Positions 8,941 to 18,079 of a stretch of DNA of 64,000 nt are shown piece after piece. Under the pieces are notes generated by a model. That model ran no database searches. It saw only the letters and a list, made by a program, of their open reading frames with translations, and was not told where the DNA came from. Within the stretch, counting starts at the first letter, position 1; each line of letters starts with the position of its first letter. The position numbers were made by a program, and so were the translations under genes. The stretch is taken from NCBI GenBank assembly GCA_001823535.1, contig MHUT01000012.1, positions 355-64,354 of the forward strand, in the 5' to 3' direction. This DNA is from Candidatus Yonathbacteria bacterium RIFCSPHIGHO2_02_FULL_44_14. Lineage in GTDB: Bacteria > Patescibacteriota > Minisyncoccia > Phycocordibacterales > UBA1550.

Positions 8941-9705
8941 CTATATTTTCTTTCTAAGAACTGGAAACCTCACCTGTCCGTATTGGTCCTCCCAAAATTC
9001 ATACGTCCAGGGAGTATCTTTGAGGAGCGCCTCGATAACGGGGCGCTGGTACTCATCGGCTTCAATGTATACCGCACCACATGGCTTCAAAAAATCCCAC
9101 GCTTGATCGATTAGAACTTTATGAAAATAATTTCCTCCGTCGTCTGCAAAAAATGCGAGGTGTGGTTCATGTGCGACCATATCGGGGTCAAGGTTGTCGA
9201 TATCGCTCGGCGGGATATATGGTGGGTTGGCAAAAATTGCATCATAGAGACCCGTCGCCGTCTCAAGAGAGTCTCCTGGAAGCACCAGTATCTGCTCGTC
9301 TGGGATACCACTCGCACGCGCACTCGCAATGATTCCCGGCGACAGGAGCGCATCAAGTTCGCTTATCTCCACGAGTGCATTTGGGATATGTTTTGCTACA
9401 GCAAGACCAACATTACCAGAGCCAGCGTATGCATCAAAAGTACGCAGCGGTCGCCCGAGTTCCTTGGTCTTCGCCTTGAGCTCTTGTATTGCGCGCAGTG
9501 CCCAATGTGCGGTTTCTGCGCGAGGAATAATTGGCTTGCAGGATAAATCAATATGCACCCCAAGAAAATCCTTCCATCCTAAAACGTACGGGTATGGCTC
9601 CCCTGCTTTCAGTCGCTCAACATCGTCAAAATACTCAAGGGATTCGATTCCGTGATATTTCTCGGCAAGGAGGAGGGCTCTATTTTTTTCTAAATCGTAG
9701 ACCAT
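8941..9705 (-). CDS. prmC: release factor glutamine N5-methyltransferase (HemK/PrmC)
   Basis: FANPPYIP (NPPY) motif and an AdoMet-binding DAYAGSGNVGL motif. Confidence 0.85.
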   Translation of the reverse strand: MVYDLEKNRALLLAEKYHGIESLEYFDDVERLKAGEPYPYVLGWKDFLGVHIDLSCKPIIPRAETAHWALRAIQELKAKTKELGRPLRTFDAYAGSGNVGLAVAKHIPNALVEISELDALLSPGIIASARASGIPDEQILVLPGDSLETATGLYDAIFANPPYIPPSDIDNLDPDMVAHEPHLAFFADDGGNYFHKVLIDQAWDFLKPCGAVYIEADEYQRPVIEALLKDTPWTYEFWEDQYGQVRFPVLRKKI

Positions 9706-9800
9706 AAGAATTTGTGGCGATGGGGTCTCGGTCCCGAGTTACTAATTCGCTACGCTCATAAGTACTCGCGACCCCACCTCACTGTCGCTTCGCGACATGT
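9706..9800 (-). promoter_or_regulatory. structured 5' leader upstream of prmC (nested hairpins)
   Basis: On the minus-strand RNA, GGUGGGGUC...GACCCCAUC form a 9-bp closing stem around two internal hairpins (CGAGU..ACUCG, CUCGG-CCGAG); a further GTCGC-ttc-GCGAC hairpin follows. Confidence 0.3.
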
Positions 9801-9882
9801 TCCGGCTTTCGATTCCCCACGCAAGCAAAGTAGTTTGCTTGCTCATCGCCCACAATAAAAGCACCTAAAGGTGTTTTTATTG

Positions 9883-9957
9883 TGGGCGATGGGGGAATCG
9901 AACCTCCGACCTTTACAATGTCAATGTAACGCTCTAACCATCTGAGCTAATCGCCCA
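9883..9957 (-). tRNA. tRNA-Val (anticodon GAC)
   Basis: Reverse complement GGGCGATTAGCTCAGATGGTTAGAGCGTTACATTGACATTGTAAAGGTCGGAGGTTCGATTCCCCCATCGCCCA folds as a cloverleaf with anticodon loop TTGACAT. A hairpin at 9849-9886 follows the 3' end. Confidence 0.9.
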
Positions 9958-10003
9958 ATTTTCAATTTAAAAATTGCTTAATGTATATTCTATTTTCAAA
10001 TTG

Positions 10004-10090
10004 CGGAGATGGTGAGATTTGAACTCACGGTACGGTTTCCCGCACGGCGGTTTTCGAAACCGCTGCCTTCAACCACTCAGCCACATCTCC
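10004..10090 (-). tRNA. tRNA-Ser (anticodon CGA), type II with long variable arm
   Basis: Reverse complement GGAGATGTGGCTGAGTGGTTGAAGGCAGCGGTTTCGAAAACCGC...TGAGTTCAAATCTCACCATCTCCG. Anticodon loop TTCGAAA, 19-nt variable arm, discriminator G. Confidence 0.85.
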
Positions 10091-10192
10091 CTAAAACAAA
10101 TTTCTCAAAATTTGTTCGGGCGACCGTATTGTTTACAAGACGGTTTAGCCACTAAATTCCCTTCCAAAAGAACCTTATCAAGGTAGCATTTT

Positions 10193-10220
10193 TTTGCAAT
10201 TTTGGCAAAAATTGATATAC
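10193..10220 (+). promoter_or_regulatory. candidate promoter for tRNA-Glu
   Basis: TTGCAA, 16-nt spacer, TATACT, ending ~17 nt before the tRNA 5' end. Confidence 0.4.
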
Positions 10221-10236
10221 TGCGCAGGTTGGTTTT

Positions 10237-10308
10237 GGCCCCATCGTCTATCGGTTAGGACGAAAGCTTTTCAAGCTTTAAAGCGGGGTTCGACTCCCCG
10301 TGGGGTCA
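10237..10308 (+). tRNA. tRNA-Glu (anticodon TTC)
   Basis: GGCCCCATCGTCTATCGGTTAGGACGAAAGCTTTTCAAGCTTTAAAGCGGGGTTCGACTCCCCGTGGGGTCA; anticodon loop TTTTCAA. The ORF-track entry 10194-10517 overlapping it is spurious. Confidence 0.9.
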
Positions 10309-10323
10309 TGGTATGGTCAGAAC

Positions 10324-10366
10324 AAAAAAAAACACCAAGCCACTCTAGAGTGGCTTGGTGTTTTTT
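10324..10366 (+). terminator. intrinsic terminator after tRNA-Glu
   Basis: CACCAAGCCACTC-TA-GAGTGGCTTGGTG stem followed by TTTTTT. Confidence 0.7.
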
Positions 10367-10546
10367 CGGCTACAAATTGTCCACACCCAAAGATTGCAAT
10401 ATCTCTCCGTATTACTTATACTATATGCAGGAATTTTTTGACTGCCTGCACTGCTCACGATATTTAATTACAAAGTATTGCGAGCTGTGCGGGGAGCGTA
10501 TGTGTGCGTTTTATTAATTTATTAACCATGGGAAGCAATTTACAAA

Positions 10547-12835
10547 ATGGATAGTCAAAATTACGAGAAAGATAATGTTAGCAATGTCCTTAAATGGATT
10601 TTATTGGTTGTTGCGATAGTCTCATTCTGTATTCTCGGATGGGCGGCAAAGGTTACGTACAGCACCGTACCTCCTCAGCCAGACAAGTTTATTGCGGAAT
10701 CCGGAGAGTTGCTCATAACTGGCGAGGATATCGTTGCCGGCAAGGGCGGTTTCCAGAAAGCAGGCTTGATGGACTACGGCAGTCTCTATGGCATGGGCTC
10801 GTACTTTGGTATTGACTATACAGCAGAGTATTTGAAGCAACTTGGTTTGAGGACCGCGGACAACATCGCAATGACTCGTTTTGGTCAGCCATTTTCTGCA
10901 TTGTCGGAAGACAACCAAGAGTCTGCAAAGAGAGAGATGCGAAAAATGCTCAAAGGCATAGATCTCACAAAGAGTGAGGTGGTACTTCCCGCTCCTCTAG
11001 CTGACGCAGTAAAAACCATCAGACAGGATATCGTTACTTTCCTCTTCACGGAAGACCCAGAAAAAGGGTGGTACGGCACGAAGGCACTTAATAATGAGCT
11101 AGCTGTGAAAACTGCCAACTTCCTAATCTACTCATCTATCACAACAGTTGCAATGCGTCCTGATGGCTCCGCATCATGGACCCAAAATTGGCCGTACGAG
11201 CCTTTGGTTGGCAATGCACCGACAACAAGCGCTTTCAATTGGACATGGATCAGCTATGCCTTTACATTCCTCCTCTTTGGCGCAGTGATTTGGGTCTACG
11301 AACAATATCTCAATCATCGCGATACTTCACCTAGGGAGCACAAATTGATTGATTTTCGCCCACTGACACCGAGTCAGCGCAAGGTTGGAAAATACTTCAT
11401 TGTTGTTGGCGCGGTATTCCTGACTCAACTCGCCGTCGGTGTACTCATGGCGCACTATTATTCAGAGCGAACAAGTTTTTACGGATTTGATATAGCAGAA
11501 TATCTTCCATTCAATTTCCTTAGAGCAATGCACATTCAGACTCCTATCGTTTGGATTGGTTTGTCGTGGATTGGCGCGGCTCTATTCCTTGCTCCAGCAA
11601 TCAGCAAGCGTGAGGCAAAAGGACAAGGATTCCTAGTTGATCTTTTGTTCTGGGTAACACTGTTTGTAGTTGCAGGTGGCCTTATTGGAAATTACTTGGG
11701 TAACATTAACGTAATTGACAAAAATTGGTTCTGGTTTGGAAACCAAGGGTTGTCATACATTGAACTTGGTCGCTTCTGGCAGATGGGCTTCTTTGTCGGC
11801 CTATTAACATGGAGCGTTCTTGTATTCCGCGCATTGTGGCCTGAAAAGGGTCAAAGCATGAAAGCAATCCGTGAATTTTTTTCTGGCAATATTTACCTTG
11901 AGCACCTTTTGTGGGCTGCAACACTAAACATCGCATTGCTATACGCAGCAGGAATGGTTCCACTTACAGGAATCGCAAGCTCATTCTCTATTGCAGACTT
12001 CTGGAGATGGTGGGTTGTACACTTGTGGGTAGAACAGTCGTTTGAGTTCTTTACAGTGGCAGTGAGCGCGTACCTCCTTATGGAAACAGGTTTGGTGTCG
12101 CGAACACTTGCTGAGCGCGCTGTATACTTCGAGCTCATACTTATTTTCTTGGGAGGAGTTCTCGGCACAGGTCACCACCTATACTGGGTAGGTGCTGGCA
12201 GTATGTGGATTCCAATTGGAAGCATGTTCTCATTTATTGAGGTTATCCCACTTCTACTCCTTATTATTGAGTCCATCCAGCAATATCGTCTTATTAAAGG
12301 AACAGGTGGCACATTCAAGTACAATCTTGCATACTTATTTATCATAGGTGCTGCATTCTGGAACTTTGTCGGCGCAGGAGTATTTGGTGGCGGTCTTATC
12401 AATGCTCCACTAGTAAACTACTACGAGCACGGCACATTCCTAACACTCAACCACGCGCACTTGGCGCTCTTTGGAGCGTTTGGTTTACTGGCAATAGGAC
12501 TCATCTACTACTGCTTGCGTTACGCGGCAGGCAACCATACTCCTTTTACGGAGAAAACTGGATACTGGGCATTCTGGCTCTACAATATCGGGCTCTTGCT
12601 TTGGATGACTCTTCATTTCCTCCCTATCGGGTTCCCTCAACTTGCGGCAGTGTACGAACACGGCTATGCGTTTGCTCGCAGTATGGAATTCTATGACACC
12701 ACTGTTCTTTGGCAGTGGATGCGAATCCCCGGCGATGTGCTGTTTGGTGCCGCTGCTCTTATTATGGTTTGGGACTTCTTTAAAAAACTTAAGCCAGTCT
12801 TTAAACCACCAGTACAAGAAGGACAAGGAAACTAA
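10547..12835 (+). CDS. norZ: quinol-dependent nitric oxide reductase (qNOR, NorB-type large subunit with N-terminal extension; heme-copper oxidase superfamily)
   Basis: 762 aa with 14+ TM helices. NOR-specific helix VI motif VHLWVEQ (His plus conserved Glu), helix VII GHHLYW (two His) and helix X NHAHLALFG (H-x-H heme ligands). N-terminal single TM plus a ~200-aa periplasmic domain with no CxxCH, as in quinol-type NOR. Confidence 0.8.
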   Translation: MDSQNYEKDNVSNVLKWILLVVAIVSFCILGWAAKVTYSTVPPQPDKFIAESGELLITGEDIVAGKGGFQKAGLMDYGSLYGMGSYFGIDYTAEYLKQLGLRTADNIAMTRFGQPFSALSEDNQESAKREMRKMLKGIDLTKSEVVLPAPLADAVKTIRQDIVTFLFTEDPEKGWYGTKALNNELAVKTANFLIYSSITTVAMRPDGSASWTQNWPYEPLVGNAPTTSAFNWTWISYAFTFLLFGAVIWVYEQYLNHRDTSPREHKLIDFRPLTPSQRKVGKYFIVVGAVFLTQLAVGVLMAHYYSERTSFYGFDIAEYLPFNFLRAMHIQTPIVWIGLSWIGAALFLAPAISKREAKGQGFLVDLLFWVTLFVVAGGLIGNYLGNINVIDKNWFWFGNQGLSYIELGRFWQMGFFVGLLTWSVLVFRALWPEKGQSMKAIREFFSGNIYLEHLLWAATLNIALLYAAGMVPLTGIASSFSIADFWRWWVVHLWVEQSFEFFTVAVSAYLLMETGLVSRTLAERAVYFELILIFLGGVLGTGHHLYWVGAGSMWIPIGSMFSFIEVIPLLLLIIESIQQYRLIKGTGGTFKYNLAYLFIIGAAFWNFVGAGVFGGGLINAPLVNYYEHGTFLTLNHAHLALFGAFGLLAIGLIYYCLRYAAGNHTPFTEKTGYWAFWLYNIGLLLWMTLHFLPIGFPQLAAVYEHGYAFARSMEFYDTTVLWQWMRIPGDVLFGAAALIMVWDFFKKLKPVFKPPVQEGQGN

Positions 12836-12841
12836 ATTTGT

Positions 12842-12894
12842 CTCAGTAAAAAAAAGCCCAGCCCATCCCAAAGGGGCTGGGCTTTTTTACTGAG
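12842..12894 (+). terminator. intrinsic terminator after the qNOR gene
   Basis: CTCAGTAAAAAAAAGCCCAGCCC / GGGCTGGGCTTTTTTACTGAG inverted repeat. Confidence 0.7.
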
Positions 12895-12915
12895 TTCGTT
12901 GTATACTATACACGT

Positions 12916-13341
12916 ATGAATACAGACAAGGGACCAGAACCAACCCCCATTAAAATCAAAGATTACCACCCTCACTACTACGGCGATCTTGTTAGGAAGC
13001 ATCTCTTTTTCGCGGCATTTGTCATAATGGTTGCGGCGCTCATTGACAGCGAGCTTCGGAACTTTTATCTCTTTATCGGCCTTTTTGGAGTGGTGGGTTT
13101 CACTATCCTTGCCGGACTTACCAGTCCCAAAAAACGCTCGATAGTATTTACCGATGTCGTCGTGTCTGCAATAATGTTTCTCATTTTTGAATACTTTGCG
13201 ATTTTCGCATTTATACAATACGAAAGTTTTTCAAACTCTGTGTTTTTCTTCCGCCAGTTAATCGCAGTGATTTATCTAATTGCATTGTATTACAGTACTA
13301 AAACACTGAGGTTTTACGATGACCTCGAACGTAGCGAATAA
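12916..13341 (+). CDS. hypothetical membrane protein (3-4 TM)
   Basis: Hydrophobic ORF directly downstream of the norZ terminator; no motif recognised. Confidence 0.5.
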   Translation: MNTDKGPEPTPIKIKDYHPHYYGDLVRKHLFFAAFVIMVAALIDSELRNFYLFIGLFGVVGFTILAGLTSPKKRSIVFTDVVVSAIMFLIFEYFAIFAFIQYESFSNSVFFFRQLIAVIYLIALYYSTKTLRFYDDLERSE

Positions 13342-13523
13342 AATAAATCATAAACATATGTCATCAATAGCATCATTCATACTTCTTCTTCTCGGACTCT
13401 GGGTTCTCAGTTTTTTCGTATTTCATATTGCCGGGTTTCTTATTCACATTCTTCTTATTATAGCGATAATCATGATCCTTGTACGTGTTATTCGTGGAGA
13501 AAATCCATTTAGGTAAAGCAAAC

Positions 13524-13952
13524 ATGAAAAGAGGCGAAGACTACACTGGTGTTACCGTTACCTATCTCTGTCACGACGGCAACGGAAATTTTTTGTTTAA
13601 TAAACGCTCCACCAATTGTCGCGATGAACATGGTTGTTGGGATCACGGGAGTGGTGCAATGGAGTTCGGCGATACAATCGAAGGCACGTTGAAAAAAGAA
13701 ATTAAGGAAGAGTATTGCGCGGATATTTTAGAATACCATCCATTGGGCTATCGAGATGTACACCGAGAACACGACGGCAAGAAAACTCACTGGATTGCGC
13801 TAGATTTTTTAGTTCTCATCGACAGAGATAAAATTAAGAACGGTGAACCGCATAAATTTGATGACATAGGGTGGTTTGTGCTAGACAATCTCCCTAGTCC
13901 GCTACATTCGCAATTTTCCACCTTTTTGAAACTATATAGGGACAGGATCTGA
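13524..13952 (+). CDS. NUDIX hydrolase
   Basis: Nudix box GAMEFGDTIEGTLKKEIKEEY (G-x5-[ED]-x7-[RK]EIxEE). ATG at 13524 is chosen; the upstream 65-aa hydrophobic ORF 13319-13516 is not called. Confidence 0.8.
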   Translation: MKRGEDYTGVTVTYLCHDGNGNFLFNKRSTNCRDEHGCWDHGSGAMEFGDTIEGTLKKEIKEEYCADILEYHPLGYRDVHREHDGKKTHWIALDFLVLIDRDKIKNGEPHKFDDIGWFVLDNLPSPLHSQFSTFLKLYRDRI

Positions 13953-13989
13953 TACTGGGCTGTATAAGATTTAATGATATACTATTTTT

Positions 13990-14250
13990 ATGAGACAAAG
14001 AATAATACAAGGCGGGTACATAGGAGTCCTCGCAGTCATTATTGGAACATCAGTAATGCTTTTCCTTTTTGTTAAAGTTTATCTTACGCCAAGCACGGCA
14101 GTGTCAGAGCTTCAACCAACAAATGCAGACGGAGTAATACCCGCCACGGAATACGAGCGTAAGCGTGCAACCATCGACAAGGTAAACACCATCGCGGACC
14201 AGCAAAAAGAAAGAGCTGAAGAAACTAACAGCATGATGGACGGCATATAG
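13990..14250 (+). CDS. hypothetical small membrane-anchored protein (86 aa)
   Basis: Single N-terminal TM followed by a charged tail; sits between NUDIX and tsaD. Confidence 0.4.
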   Translation: MRQRIIQGGYIGVLAVIIGTSVMLFLFVKVYLTPSTAVSELQPTNADGVIPATEYERKRATIDKVNTIADQQKERAEETNSMMDGI

Positions 14251-14312
14251 AAGTCCCGAAAGTAGCCACGGAAAAGTTGCGCCAAGTTACCGATCTGCTA
14301 TGATTCCTGCAT

Positions 14313-15527
14313 ATGCGTATTCTCGCTATCGAAACCAGTTGTGACGAAACCGGCATTGCTATTGTTGAATCAAAAGGATCATCGCTGGTACCAAAAACTA
14401 TAAGAGTACTCGCAAATACACTTGTATCGCAGGCGACACTCCACGCTCAGTTTGGAGGAGTCTTCCCTGCTGTTGCACGGCGCGAACATGCAAAAGCCAT
14501 CGTGCCGCTTCTCGTGCACGCACTCACGGAAGCAGGTCTCGCGAAAAAACTTAAACAAGAGCGCATACTCTCAAAAAAAGAAGAAACTACCCTCGCGAGG
14601 ATTTTCCATAAAGAGCCTGAGCTTTTTGTGCTTTTCAAGGAATCCCTTAATGCCCTCAAAGTTCCAATAATTGATGCGATTGCGGTAACCGTGGGTCCAG
14701 GACTTGAGCCTGCGCTGTGGGTCGGCATCAACACTGCCGAAGCGCTTGGCGTACTTTGGGGTGTACCGGTCATCCCCGTAAACCACATGGAGGGGCACAT
14801 CGTTGCTTCACTTATGCAAACAAAGGATGACGGTAAAACTTTTTCACTCGCAATGCCGAGGTTTCCATCGCTCGCACTCCTCATTTCTGGCGGACACACC
14901 GAGCTTGTTTTAATGCCAAGCAGAGGCAAGTACAAAATGCTTGGACAAACACGTGACGATGCAGTCGGCGAAGCGTTTGATAAGGTTGCGCGCATGCTGG
15001 GCCTATCCTACCCCGGAGGCCCCGAGATCTCCAAGCTCGCAGAAAAAGCTCCAGCGCATGAAAAACTTTCTGTCCCGCTCCCCCGCCCTATGCTCAAGTC
15101 GGGCGACTTTGATTTTTCATTTTCAGGGTTAAAAACCTCGGTGCTTTATGCGATCAAAAAATTTGAAACTCTAACCGATCGTGATAAGGAACTAATCGCA
15201 AAAGATTTTGAGGATTCAGTAACCGAAGTCCTTGTTACAAAAACACTCAAAGCTGCGAAAAAGTACAAAGTAAAAGAGATCATTCTCGGCGGTGGTGTAA
15301 CCGCTAATAGAAAAATTCGTAAGATATTTCAAGAAAGTGTTGCAGAGGAACTTCCTGACACTAAACTCTTCATTCCAACCATCCTACTCTCTGGAGACAA
15401 CGGCCTCATGATCGGCGTCGCTGGACTCCTCCGCTCTAAATCCAAAAAACACATCGTCGCAAACGGCACCCTCAAGCTCGCAAAGTCAGTCAGCCCAACA
15501 CTTGACGAACTGAGGAAGAGGAAATAA
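14313..15527 (+). CDS. tsaD: tRNA N6-adenosine threonylcarbamoyltransferase TsaD (Kae1/Gcp family) with a ~60-aa internal insertion
   Basis: MRILAIETSCDETGIAIVE N-terminus, the HMEGH metal motif and a C-terminal GGGVTAN motif. At 404 aa versus ~340 typical, there is an extra segment between residues ~70 and 130. Confidence 0.9.
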   Translation: MRILAIETSCDETGIAIVESKGSSLVPKTIRVLANTLVSQATLHAQFGGVFPAVARREHAKAIVPLLVHALTEAGLAKKLKQERILSKKEETTLARIFHKEPELFVLFKESLNALKVPIIDAIAVTVGPGLEPALWVGINTAEALGVLWGVPVIPVNHMEGHIVASLMQTKDDGKTFSLAMPRFPSLALLISGGHTELVLMPSRGKYKMLGQTRDDAVGEAFDKVARMLGLSYPGGPEISKLAEKAPAHEKLSVPLPRPMLKSGDFDFSFSGLKTSVLYAIKKFETLTDRDKELIAKDFEDSVTEVLVTKTLKAAKKYKVKEIILGGGVTANRKIRKIFQESVAEELPDTKLFIPTILLSGDNGLMIGVAGLLRSKSKKHIVANGTLKLAKSVSPTLDELRKRK

Positions 15528-15557
15528 AAAAACCACGCTTTTAAAAAGCGTGGTAGG
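15528..15557. terminator. hairpin terminator (mainly for the minus-strand gene 15574-15837; also downstream of tsaD)
   Basis: ACCACGCTTTTAAAAGCGTGGT palindrome; on the minus strand a T-rich tract follows. Confidence 0.55.
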
Positions 15558-15573
15558 CTGTGAGCGAGAATAA

Positions 15574-15837
15574 TTACTTTAGCCGTATCAATAAGCAAGA
15601 AACGGTTATTTTATCAACATATTTACTTGTAATAGTTTTTGTTATTTTTGATTTTAGTAATCCCAACCAACGAACTTCAACAATGGTGTGTCGCTCAACC
15701 CAGACAACTGGCCGAAGCAACTTTACGGATACTCTTGTCTCCATGTCAGATATCACTTCTGCTGGAACCCAGCAATCATCGGCCACAGACACTTCCACAA
15801 GTTCTCCTTTTTCAAGTGTTCTGTCTATATGACTCAT
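15574..15837 (-). CDS. hypothetical protein (~88 aa)
   Basis: Protein-like composition (MSHIDRTLEKGELVEVSVADDCWVPAEVI...) and its own terminator hairpin downstream. The overlapping + strand ORF 15560-15832 is S/T low-complexity and is rejected. Confidence 0.45.
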   Translation of the reverse strand: MSHIDRTLEKGELVEVSVADDCWVPAEVISDMETRVSVKLLRPVVWVERHTIVEVRWLGLLKSKITKTITSKYVDKITVSCLLIRLK

Positions 15838-15937
15838 AACCACGCTCCTCTTGTTGTAACTTTATAAGTATAGCATATTTAGTACGAAAAGTCAATCCCT
15901 ACTGACCTGTCAAAAACTGTGATAAAATAAGCCGACA

Positions 15938-18079
15938 ATGACTGCATTTCCCGAAAAACTAAACAAACCCTATGAGCCGGCAAACACTGAGGCTCGCATT
16001 TACAAACTTTGGGAGGAGAGCGGGTTTTTTAATCCAGACAACCTGCCTGCACGCCACCAAGAACCTTTTACAATCGTTATGCCTCCACCAAACGCCAATG
16101 GGCGGCTCCATGCAGGACACGGGCTCACCATCGCGCTCGAGGACATTATGACGCGCTACCAGCGGATGCAGGGCAAAAAAGCGCTCTGGGTGCCGGGTGC
16201 TGACCATGCGGGTTTTGAAACACAAGTGGTGTATGAAAAGAAACTCGAGAAGGAAGGTCACTCGCGTTTCAAAATGGACCGCAAGGAACTCTATGACGAG
16301 ATCATGGCGTTCACTCTCGAGAGTAAGAAGCACATGGAAGCTGATGTGAAAGCGCTCGGCGCATCGTGCGACTGGTCGCGCGAAAAATTCACCCTCGACC
16401 CCAGTGTCGTTTCTGAGGTACAGGAAACATTTCGCAAACTCTATCGCGACAACCTGGTCTATCGCGGATACCGCACAGTGAACTGGTGCACCAAACATCA
16501 GACTTCCCTCTCTGATGTCGAGACCGAAACCGTAGAAAAAAATGACAAACTTTACTACATCAAATACGGGCCATTCACCGTCGCCACCGTACGCCCCGAA
16601 ACTATTTTTGGCGATGTCGCCATTGCGGTTAATCCAAATGATGCACGATACAAGGAATTCATTGGTCAAACCGTTGAGGTACAGCATCCTGAAGGGAAAC
16701 TTTCGCTCGTAGTCATCGGTGACGAAGAAGTTGATCCAGAGTTTGGTACTGGCGCGCTCAAGATCACACCTGCGCACGACCACAACGACTTCCGTATGTC
16801 CGAAACACACAAGCTTTCGCGCGTTGAGGTCATTGATCAATTCGGTAAACTAAATGACAAGACGGGTAAATATGCTGGAATGAAAGTTGCCGAAGCCCGC
16901 ATAAAAGTTGTGGAGGATTTGCAGACACTCGAACTCATTGAAAAGATTGAGGATTATGCACATGCCGTTCCTACTTGCTACAAATGCGATACCACTATTG
17001 AACCGCGCGTGATGCCTCAGTGGTTTGTAAAAATGGCGCCACTGGCAAAATTGGCGAGCGACGCTGTGCGTGATGGAAAAATAAAATTCATTCCTGACAA
17101 TTTTGAAAAAATATTTTTGTACTGGATGGATAACACGATGGACTGGAATATCTCGCGTCAGATCGTATGGGGAATTCAAATCCCCGCCCTCGTATGCAGA
17201 AGCTGTAACGTTGGCGTCCTCTATGAGGAAACTATCGAGGGTTCAGAATGCAACTGCGGAGGAACCTTTGTATGCGACACCGACACCTTCGACACATGGT
17301 TTTCGTCTGGCCAGTGGCCCCTTTTGGCACTAGGATACCCCAAAAGCCAAGATTTGAGCTTCTACCCAACGGATGTTATGGAAACCGGCCGAGACCTCAT
17401 TTTCAAGTGGATCCCGCGTATGGTCATTTTTGGGCTTTATCTCAAAGGCGAAGTGCCTTTCCGTACGGTGTATTTACACGGCATGGTCAACGACAAGCAC
17501 GGCAAAAAAATGTCAAAGAGCAAAGGAAACGTCGTCGCACCCAACGAGCTCACCGGTAAGTACGGAGCCGACGCGCTTCGCATCGGACTCGTCATCGGCA
17601 ATACCCCGGGCAACGACATTGCGCTTGCAGAAGACAAAATAAAAGGGTATAAACATTTCTGCAATAAAATTTGGAATGCGTCGCGCTTCGTCCTCACAAA
17701 CACCACCGGCACGACACTCGATACCCCACGACCTGCGCTCACTCCGCGTGACGAAGAAATCCTCACGGAGCTAAATACTGCCATCATCAGTATTACTGCG
17801 CACTACGAAAACTTTCGTTTCCATCTCGCTGGCGAAGAACTCTATCATTATTTTTGGAACACGTTTGCTGACATTATTATCGAAGAAATGAAACCGCGCC
17901 TTCTCGGCGATGACGAAGTTTCAAAAAAAGCCGGCGAGTGGGTACTCCTCACTATTCTCGTAGTGAACATCAAAATGCTCCACCCATTCATCCCGTTCAT
18001 CACCGAAGAACTCTGGGAAATGTTGCCAAAAGAAAATAAGCAACTTCTCATCATAGAACCATGGCCGAAACCATTTTAA
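15938..18079 (+). CDS. valS: valyl-tRNA synthetase (short form lacking the C-terminal coiled-coil arm)
   Basis: PPPNANGRLHAGHG (HIGH) and KMSKSKGN (KMSKS). ValRS-like editing/CP1 and anticodon-binding regions; ends right after the conserved ...EPWP motif at 713 aa. Confidence 0.9.
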   Translation: MTAFPEKLNKPYEPANTEARIYKLWEESGFFNPDNLPARHQEPFTIVMPPPNANGRLHAGHGLTIALEDIMTRYQRMQGKKALWVPGADHAGFETQVVYEKKLEKEGHSRFKMDRKELYDEIMAFTLESKKHMEADVKALGASCDWSREKFTLDPSVVSEVQETFRKLYRDNLVYRGYRTVNWCTKHQTSLSDVETETVEKNDKLYYIKYGPFTVATVRPETIFGDVAIAVNPNDARYKEFIGQTVEVQHPEGKLSLVVIGDEEVDPEFGTGALKITPAHDHNDFRMSETHKLSRVEVIDQFGKLNDKTGKYAGMKVAEARIKVVEDLQTLELIEKIEDYAHAVPTCYKCDTTIEPRVMPQWFVKMAPLAKLASDAVRDGKIKFIPDNFEKIFLYWMDNTMDWNISRQIVWGIQIPALVCRSCNVGVLYEETIEGSECNCGGTFVCDTDTFDTWFSSGQWPLLALGYPKSQDLSFYPTDVMETGRDLIFKWIPRMVIFGLYLKGEVPFRTVYLHGMVNDKHGKKMSKSKGNVVAPNELTGKYGADALRIGLVIGNTPGNDIALAEDKIKGYKHFCNKIWNASRFVLTNTTGTTLDTPRPALTPRDEEILTELNTAIISITAHYENFRFHLAGEELYHYFWNTFADIIIEEMKPRLLGDDEVSKKAGEWVLLTILVVNIKMLHPFIPFITEELWEMLPKENKQLLIIEPWPKPF

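Noticed and set aside
10194-10517. ORF-track CDS (107 aa) on the + strand
   Set aside because: It overlaps the entire tRNA-Glu gene and its terminator hairpin, and is not protein-like.
15560-15832. + strand ORF (90 aa) rich in S/T
   Set aside because: Low-complexity sequence with no RBS. The overlapping minus-strand ORF is protein-like and has a proper terminator, so the minus ORF was preferred.
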